Source: Ministeria vibrans ATCC 50519 (lineage: Eukaryota; Protista; Filasterea). Taken from it: 39,135 nt of DNA. Of this stretch, positions 26,966-39,135 are shown piece after piece (position 1 is the first letter of the stretch; every line of letters starts with the position of its first letter). The stretch spans positions 1 through 39,135 of the forward strand of contig CALSCP010001254.1 of the NCBI GenBank assembly GCA_943704425.1. The letters run 5' to 3'. Made by a program: the position numbers and the translations under genes. The notes beneath the pieces are model-generated. The model was not told the origin of the DNA. It searched no databases and saw only the letters and a program-made list of their open reading frames with translations.

Positions 26966-27822
26966 ATGTTTCAGAGCATCGTAGTCCGTCGATTCATACG
27001 ACGACCACTCTACCAATGTCGGGCTCTGTCCACGTTGCCGTTTGACACGCTGAAATTCGTCCGGACGCTTGAATCAAAAGGCTTCACGGGCGCCCAAGCG
27101 GAGGTATCGCCGGCGCTACCCGCGTGCGAAGGACCCCCACTCTGTTTACTACCATTGTCTTTGTGTTTTAGGCTATTAGCGACGCTCTTCGTGATGCTCT
27201 CTCGAGCAGGTAGACGAAAATGAGAGATGTCGTCTGCCAATCGCCTTCCTGATATATCCGTTGAACCCGATCGCCCTGTCGCGAGAATTACCTCTTGACA
27301 AGACTGAACCAGACGAAATTGTGTGTTTTGACGGCTTCGTAGCTTCCACTCGCAGGTGTCACAGAGCGAACTCGCCATTGTCGCTAAAGATCTCGATGCG
27401 ATGCGCACCAAGTTCACTGCCGACTTGAATGCCCACGAAAAGGTCGCCAGAGTGTACTAGAGAGATGCTGCGTTGCTAACACGCCCGTACTTCCAGGCGG
27501 TGAAAGAAGAAGTGGAAAAGTACCGAGCAAATGTGCGGCTGGATTGGAGCCTTGAGAAGCAACGACTGCGCGAAGAGTCAGCACTGCACGATGCGAAGAT
27601 CCACGAGACACGAAGGACTCTCGAGACTGAAATTTCGCATATCAGAGTCAACTCGGAGACGATCAAGCTCGATATCATTAAGGTGGATTTCTCATCCAAA
27701 TGACATTTGCTTGTTTATGACCCTTCCTCTCCCTCTCTCTCTTTCTTTGTGTTCAGCTTGGCGCCGGTACGGTTGTCTCCGCGCTGGGTCTTATTCTAGC
27801 GTACCTCCGCTTCGTTCACTGA
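26966..27822 (+). CDS. CCDC90/MCUR1/FMP32-like (DUF1640) mitochondrial coiled-coil protein
   Basis: Presequence; FDTLKFVRTLESKGFT.AQAE, VRLD.SLEK.R.RE, I.E....ETEI.....E.IKLDIIK, C-terminal TM GTVVSALGLILAYLRF. Confidence 0.9.
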
Positions 27823-28111
27823 GGAATGCTAAACCCTGTCACAATGTACTTTATATTCACAAGCCACACAGATACAAGAATTAGTGTATTCGAACATGTA
27901 AAGATTATCGAGTAAACGAGAGGAAATAAAGTGCATCGGCCGAGGAGTCGATGACCAAGTAAGTACGACCAACGATGTACGCGGCCCTGGCGGGGTCTCG
28001 GCATCAGATACATTACAATTCATACCTTGATACTTTGCTAATACTGTTATAAATTGCATAAACTTAACAAATTCAACAAAATAATTATTTGAACTTATAA
28101 TAATATTTGTT

Positions 28112-29265
28112 ATGCCTTCGCTCATTGTAGACTTGTCCCTCTTGGGAGGCACAGTCTATATACTGCTGCAGCAGCCACATCTAATACCCAAAATTGCTCG
28201 ATTTTCGGGTGTTGCAGTCGGCACGGTGTTTCGCTTCATGTCCAAGTTCCAACGGGCCGCGTCGGACCTCTCCAAGCGTCCCGACATCATCCAAATGCGA
28301 GAGGAACTTTCAAAGACGTACGCTGACCTCACCGATGTCCACGACAGAGTTCGAGAAGGTCAGAGGAACGCAAACGAGCGCTCAACTCGTCCGCTGATCA
28401 TTTCGCTCGCTCAACTCGTCCGCTGATCATTTCGTTCCAGGCGCCGACGCCCTACGGCCCCGAAACATTGCCAAGCGCGTAGCACGGGGAGAAAATGTGG
28501 ATATCGTCAAGATGAGCGAAGAAATCCGTCGAACGACCGATCGAGTGCAGCGTAAGCAATGGTGGAACGGCACAACTTCAACTTCTGTCTGACACTCGCG
28601 TGTAGGAGTTGTTGACACGGCCGCAGGAAGAACATCAGGTTCAACAACTACTGTGTCTGAATCTGTCGTGCGCTCAACGAATGAGACAATGTCAAACGGT
28701 ATGCACAAAAATCGTATCGTATAGTGTGTGTCCTTTTATTGTGTCCCTTTTTCAGATCAACTTGTCGTCGTGGACGAAACAACAAGTCAACAAGTCATTC
28801 AAGTTGCACAAGGGGGTAAGAACTAATGAGATGCAAAGAGTCCAGCGTCACATGCATTGCCATTCGTTGTTCCATAGTGTCTGAGCCAACTCAATCGCGT
28901 TCAACTGCTCAAGGTAACAACTTAAACACACAAAATCCGCCGTTTTTTTCTAAAAAAAAAAAAACTTGTGATTGCCCGCTATTAGAAGAGACGCCAGGCA
29001 GTATCAACTCAAGCACCATTTACGCTGAGGGTACGGAGAAATTTACGACTGACATTTTCGTGACTTCCGTTTCCTTTTGCCTGTAGACATTGAAGGCGCT
29101 GTACGGTTTCGCGCCGACACCCCCTCGTTCTTTGCAGCGCCCACTGAATCCACACGCGCCTCTCACAAGCGCACCAGCTCTACGGTGGACGAGCGACTGA
29201 ACAATATGCGCGGCGGTGCTGCTCACATTGCCGAGGAAATGGAGTTGGATCTCAAGCGGAAATGA
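28112..29265 (+). CDS. TatB-like protein, probably mitochondrial (7 exons, about 256 aa)
   Basis: N-terminal TM helix, hinge proline and amphipathic helix (IVDLSLLGGTVYILLQQPHLIPKIARFSGVAVGTVFRFM), then a coiled segment, a Ser/Thr-rich linker and a C-terminal GGAAHIAEEME helix; six GT-AG introns all keep the frame. Confidence 0.65.
28379..28434 (+). repeat. Perfect 27-bp tandem duplication in intron 1 of the TatB-like gene
   Basis: CGCTCAACTCGTCCGCTGATCATTTCG at 28379-28405 and 28408-28434. Confidence 0.95.
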
Positions 29266-29597
29266 GCTTTTTCTGCCGATTGGTGTTTGTTAGCACGCAC
29301 CATTTTAATGGCCAACTTGACAAGCCCTGTTTTGCTGTTAAGTAACTTTTGTTTGATAACTATGCAACTTTGAAGATGAGTACAATATTAAAATATAAAA
29401 CTTTCACTTACTTGACGTATAATAATTATTCTTATTAAATTAAATTTGTTAAAATAATAATAAAAAATAAAATTTAATATAAAATTATTATTATTATTAT
29501 TTGTTCCTATCAATAATATAATTATTTTATTTTTTCTCATTATTATCATAATAATTATAATAATAATAATAAAAACAAAAAAATAATAATAAATTTA

Positions 29598-29636
<39 letters not shown>

Positions 29637-29740
29637 TTTTTATGAATAATATTCCAAACAATTTTTTCGAGAATTATCAATATCCCCTCAGGTGCCGTCT
29701 GCGTCCTTGACTCGTGCAAACACCCCCTCCTTTGCGTCAT

Positions 29741-30751
29741 ATGGAATCTGCTTCGGCCGAGCCTGGCGCGAGCGGCGTCAGTCAGCGGCTGGGGCAGTCT
29801 CCCCCGCGACGGCGATTCTCGTTGCTGCGCGACCTGCACATCCCTTCAGCCATCACCGCCGAATACCCCTCAAAACCTCCCGGCGGCTCGTCCTCCGGTG
29901 AACCTTCTCGTCAACGACCCACTCGAGCGCCACCAGGCACCCAAGAAGACGTACCACTCAATTTATGTCAATGCCGGTTGTGACGTAGAACAATATATGT
30001 TTTCCACTTTTTCTTGCTCCACTCGTAGATGTGCGCTGTGTGCGCCGCGCCAGCACGGCTGTACTTTACATGGCAAAAGAGCGACTCGAGCGCCCCGAGA
30101 CGAACCCACTTCTGCTCCGAGGAGTGCCGCATTAAGCTGCACTCGGCGTCGCGCTACCGCTCTTCTTTGGATCTCGGCGAATCGCTCGCTGCATCGACCG
30201 CATCGGCGCCCTCCAGCGGGCCTGGAAGCACGCTCACCACCGCTACCGGCACCATCGGGCGGTCGCAGTTGTCTCGATTGCGCGCACGGCCACCAACACA
30301 CAGAACTTCCGAGCTGGCCACCACAGCCATCTTTGTCGCTTGCGAAACGGGCAGTGTCGACCAGCTTCGCGAGTCCCTGTCACTCCTGCCGGATCACGTC
30401 AACTGCCTTGCCTCCGCCGAGAACATGACGCCACTCATGGTCGCAAGTGAACTCGATCATGTCGGCGCCGTCCAAGTGTTGCTCGAGTTCAAGGCGGACG
30501 TCTCGCTGCGCGACGCCTACGGCCGCAACTGCTTGCACTATGCCGCCTCGGCTCAAGCCATCTCTGTGGTCGAATCCCTCGTCACGCTTGAACACACCGT
30601 TGTAGAAGAAATGCTTGCCGCAACGGACGACCGAGGGCGCACGCCCCTCTTCATTGCCTGCCAAGAAAATCACAACTACCTCGCTGAGGTGCTTCTTGGC
30701 GCCGCCACCACCATCACAAATGCGTCTGCCACACAACAACAACAACAACAA

Positions 30752-30820
<69 letters not shown>

Positions 30821-33800
30821 CCCTCAAGTCAACAACAACAACCCTCAAATCAACAACAACAACAACAACTACAACAGTCGCAACAACAGCCAGGCGCCAT
30901 CCCTCGACGGCAATCGTCGATTCTCAACTCCTTTGCGCTGGCCGATGCCCTTGCCAGTCCCGTACCTTCTTCAATTGCGACTGGCACCTCTGCCACGAAA
31001 CAGTCGTTGAAAACAAACGTCTCTTCCGCCTCGACGGCCTCGGGCACCTTTGCCGGATGGCTCGCAAACAAGGCAGACGGCAGCAACGTGTGTCCGCTCA
31101 TGTGGGCAGCGTACCACGCCAACACGGCCCTCGTTACGACCCTACTTGATGCAGGCGCCGATGTGTCCTCGCGCGACGACAAGGGCAAAACAGCCGCGCA
31201 CTGGCTTGCCCCGTCCGCCACTCACGACTGTATCAGTGCTCTAGTAGGCGACCCGGCAAGCAACCAAGCTGCCCGTCTTCTTGCCGTGCGCGACGGAATC
31301 GGACGCACCGCTCTTCACCAAGCAGGTAGGAGTGTACTAGCCCTCCCGCTGACTCCTTCAGTCGTGCCTCGTTTATACTCAATAATTATTTATTTCGTAG
31401 CCATCGATCATTGTGACGAGCTTGTTGGTGTTCTCCTTGACTGCGGTGCATCCCCGTTGGCGCGCGACAACATGGGACGCACTGCACTGCACTGGGCAAG
31501 TGCGACAGGCTCTCTCGCGTGCTGCTCAGTCATTGTTTGCGCGTGCAAGGTCGGCGCATTGGGGCCTATGTCACGCACGGCGATGGCTCGCCGTCGTCGC
31601 GCCAGTGCCATTGCGTCATCTGCCACAAATAACAGTCTTGCCGTGTCGCCGGTGCGTCGTCGCAGTCTGCATAGCATCCAGGACACCAATCATGTTCACT
31701 ACGTCGCTAGTCCAGATGATCTAGACTCCACTTCGAGCTCGCCTATGCATGGCCTGGGCACGTCAACAACTACGCCGCGGCCGCCGCTCTCGTCGCGCTC
31801 CCCCTCGCAAATGTCCATGCTGCGACGTCGCATGGTCAATGGCGGTCGCGATCTCGAGACACTCTCCGAGGAGAACCCACCCACGCGTGATTTAGCGTCG
31901 CGTCGCAGTCTCAAGGGCGTGGCACGTCTGTCGCTTAAGAGACGCACCACCGAGGCCAATGGCAGCGACGGCAACTCCAGCGCCAACTGCACCCCGGCAC
32001 CCACTACCCCTGGGACCCCCGGTGCCAATCTTGCCCTGCGCACGCTCTCCCATGGCCAGCTTGGCAACGCCAACGGTGTGTCCCCTCAGGTAGTCAACGC
32101 CGGTGTGTCCACTCCCAAGAGCCCCTTCACCGTGCTACCTATCATGCATCGCTCGACATCGCTTGACCTCGAGAGTACAGCCAACGTTACCGTTAACCCT
32201 GGCATGCAAAAGCGCCTGTCTTCGTCACCCGCCAACGCCTTCTTCCCCCCCACGTCGGGCGTTGCCGGAGCAACGTCAACCTCAACGCCAGTACAGGAGA
32301 CGAGCGTTTCCACACCCACACTGCATCATCAACAGACGACACACTCATCGCAGGGAAACAAGAGTCACGAGCGTCGTGTTAAGGTTGCCGGTCAGCGGTC
32401 TCTGTTGCTAAAGACGGACACAAGCGTTGCGCGCAATCTCGCCTACTCCGAGCAAATCAACACGACCGCCGACGAACTGGTGCTCTCGGCGATTAGCAAG
32501 GCCGTCGAAACCCTCTCGGGTGCACGAGTGCCTGCCTGGCGTCGTCGCTATGTCACCACCAATGTGCTCGAGGATGTGCTATCAGCGCGCGCTACCAACC
32601 GTGCCACCGCACTTCATCTTGCCTGCTACAGTGGCAGCAACGACATTGTGCGCCTGCTGCTTGACGAGGGCGCAAGTGCTTCGTCACGCGACGCCGAAGG
32701 TCGCGACGCCCTTGCCTGGGCCGCGTCACAAGGCCATACACACTGTGTGTCGTTACTCGTTGACCATGGCGCCAATCTTAACACACGCTCAGCCGAGGGT
32801 CACACGCCGCTGCACTCGAGTGCCCATGCCAACCGTGCCGACGTGTGCACTGCTCTCTTGCGACTTGGAGCAGAAGCCATGATCAAGGACGAGCGCGGTC
32901 ACAACCCCCTTACCATTGCAGTGCACACTGGCTCACTTGCAGCCGCGCAGGTGTGTGCATAGATGAAAATTATAAATAGTTTTACTAATTTACTCTGATT
33001 CATGTTTGTGCATTATTTTTTCCTTCTTTTTTTTGCTTTAGATCCTGTTGGACCATTCACCTCGTGCAGCTCTGTCACGCGACAAACGAGGAAGGTGTGC
33101 GTTGCACTATGCTGTGCGAGGTGGCAACAAGCGACTTGCTCAAATGCTGATTCGTGCCATGCCATCCACTGTGACCGTGCACGACAACCACATGCGTCTG
33201 CCAGCGCACGAGGCCGCACTTCACAACTACTCACATCTTCTCAGCGACCTCTTCCTTTTGAGTGGTCGTACTGTTGTGAGCCATCATCAACAGTCGCAGC
33301 AGCAACCCCCTGCGCCCTTCACGGCCGACGTCAATGGCATCACTTGCCTCCATGCGGCGGCGGCGCTCGGTCACATGGCTTGCTGCAAAGTGTGCCTTGT
33401 CTACGAGCGCGTGAGTGTCCTGGCCAAAAACCGTCGTGGTGAGACTCCCCGCGACGTTGCTCTGGCACAGGGCCACCGAGAGGTCGCCGCGTTCCTTGCG
33501 GCTGCTGAACAACCTTTCAACCTGCTCAATGCTGGGTCGCTGCGGCAGCACATTGCAGCGGCGTCACTTCAAGCGGTGGCACGTGGTGCACGTGTGCGCG
33601 TACTGCTGGGCACTGTTGCAGCACGACGAGAAAAGCTGCGACAACGGCGCAAGGCCAAGGCAATTGCAGCGTCCAAGGAGTTTGGTGGTGGCGGCAGTGC
33701 GACTGGCTCGCCAGGTGTGACTGTGCCCTCAAGTGCCTCGACGCTTGCCGGTGAGCGCACTCTTGCGGTCGCTCCCGACGGAACGTCGCTCAAACTGACC

Positions 33801-35023
33801 ATGCCCCAACTCAACATTCAAGACGAAGAAGGCCGCAGAGGTAGCAGTGGGAGTGGTGGTGGTGACGCGACGGCAGTGACCAGTGGGGGCTTGGGAACAC
33901 AGCTCGGCGAGGGGGAGATGGACGAGGAAAAGGTGACGGCGCGCCTGTCGCGCATTCTTGACGAGCTTCAGCACGAAGAGGAGATTCGCGAAGAGACCGA
34001 GATGAAGCGAGTGGCCTCATCCATGTCGCGTCGTGGCAGTTTTTCGTCGTCGTTTCTGCATGTTCCCTCCGCAAGCCACATTAGCGCTGCCGCTGCGCCC
34101 GCGGCGATTGGACTCGCCGAGGAAGCGGCGCGTCTGACAGAACGCGTCAAGACATTGGAGGAGGAGCGTCAGGTGATGGAACAGGCAAAGCAGACTGAAA
34201 TGGACGAGCTCCGACAGCAATTGGAGCGCGAGCGTGAGCTACGTGAGGCGCGCGATCAGGAGGCACGGGCGACGCAAGAACGCCTGGCGTTGCTCGAGGA
34301 GGAGATAAAGTTGTCGCGCAAGGAACGTCGCTTGTTGGCGGGACGCGCTGTTCTCGGGAGTGATGACAAGGATACGCACGACCACCACTGCGACAGCAAA
34401 GGAGATGAGGACTCAATCGATGAGGCATTGGAGCGTGTTGAGCGGATGTTAGAGGCACATAGCAGAAACAACACTGGCAACAAGGAGCAGAGAAGCACCG
34501 TGGGCCAACGGCTCTCAGGCGATGGCGCGCATCACAGCCGCTCACCCTTACGCAAGAGCGTCACACCCATCCAAGCGTCGCGTCGTGCTAGCGGCAGTGG
34601 CTACAGCGGCGGTCGTTCGTCAATCTCACCGACACGTCGGAGTGGAGCACCGACGCCAACGTACGATGAGGAGCGTGTGAGTCTACCTCCTGTGATTGAC
34701 GCCCTCGAGACACGCGCTGCTCTAATGGACCACACGCTGTCGCAACGACGCGAGCGGGTGCTCAAGAGCCTCTTGAACAAAGTCATTGAACAAGCCAACC
34801 CGCGCTCGCGCTCTCCCTCTCTCTCCTCCTCCATCGATCGAGACAGCATGAGCACCCCGCTCACGACGCTCCTCGCCGAAGCGTCCCTCTCCACGCCTAC
34901 CAGCTCGCCCGCGCAGCAGGCCCTCTCCGCCGAAGTGGTCCGACTGGTCGAGCGTGTCCACAAGGCCGCTCCACCCCGCTCCACTTCACGCACTCCCACC
35001 ACTCGAGATCGTTCGCCACACAA

Positions 35024-35074
<51 letters not shown>

Positions 35075-35099
35075 CAAGAAGAAGAAGAAGAAGACGTAA
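29741..35099 (+). CDS. Large ankyrin-repeat protein with an N-terminal CxxC..FCSxxC zinc finger, polyQ, an IQ motif and a coiled coil
   Basis: Introns about 29951-30028, 31326-31400 and 32951-33040; many TPL/TALH ankyrin repeats; CAVC...HFCSEEC; IQ-like AAASLQAVARGARVR; E/R-rich coiled coil. Confidence 0.85.
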
Positions 35100-35169
35100 T
35101 TTGTTATAATAGTATTAATTAATGTGTTTAAGACGTATTGTTATGTGTAAGACAAGAAGCTGATGTAAA

Positions 35170-38836
<3,667 letters not shown>

Positions 38837-39135
38837 GCTACAATGTTGAACCGACGTTGAGATTTTTTTTTCAAAAACTTTGACATTGAATGACACGCGA
38901 TTGGTATAAAAGGGAAACACCAGAGTCTCAGAGAGAGCCCAGTGGATGCTTAGAGGGTAATGAGACAGATGGGACGAGTCGGCAACGGCAATGGCAAGCT
39001 GAAGTGCTGGCAAAAGACGTTAACGAGTAAAGCACGACACAAAAAACGAGCAACAAGTCTTTTCTTCAAAAACGCCTCACCGAATGACAGTGAGACATAG
39101 CTGGTGACTGTCGGGAACACAATGACAACTCAAAA

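Noticed and set aside
27955-27966. U1 snRNA-like 5' end (TACTTACTTGG) on the minus strand
   Set aside because: Downstream U1 stem-loops and Sm site are absent; more simply a + strand splice donor
27931-27980. tRNA-Gly-like 3' end on the minus strand (TCGACTCCTCGGCCGATGCA)
   Set aside because: No GTTC T-loop, D arm or anticodon arm, and too short for a cloverleaf

Overview
Compact, intron-dense nuclear DNA from a unicellular eukaryote. It uses the standard genetic code and GT-AG spliceosomal introns, mostly about 45-120 nt, often expanded by microsatellites, with short AT-rich intergenic spacers. DUSP19-, MAPKAPK2-, GALC- and AARSD1-like genes suggest an Amorphea or holozoan-type protist (inference only). 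By splicing manually I reconstructed about 19 complete or near-complete genes plus one partial first exon: RPN7, a PX-only protein, an unknown membrane protein, COMT, GH59 galactocerebrosidase with ricin-B tails, UBAC2/Dsc2, a secreted EGF + PKD/DUF285 chimera, an acid-ceramidase-like Ntn hydrolase, AARSD1, a tandem-saposin KDEL protein, sideroflexin, mS38, DUSP19, MAPKAPK, COX11, CCDC90/MCUR1, a TatB-like protein, an ankyrin-IQ protein and an AKR1/ZDHHC17-like palmitoyltransferase whose DHHC domain falls in the N-gap. The strongest lead is a nuclear-encoded, probably mitochondrial TatB-like subunit (28112-29265) in a run of mitochondrial genes, which would imply a mitochondrial twin-arginine translocase. 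Other leads are the eukaryote-bacterial EGF/DUF285 fusion, a dispersed intronic motif resembling a U2-complementary branch site with U at the branch position, a GC-AG intron, and four structured intergenic islands that may be ncRNAs. All family assignments come from motif recognition; no database search was run.
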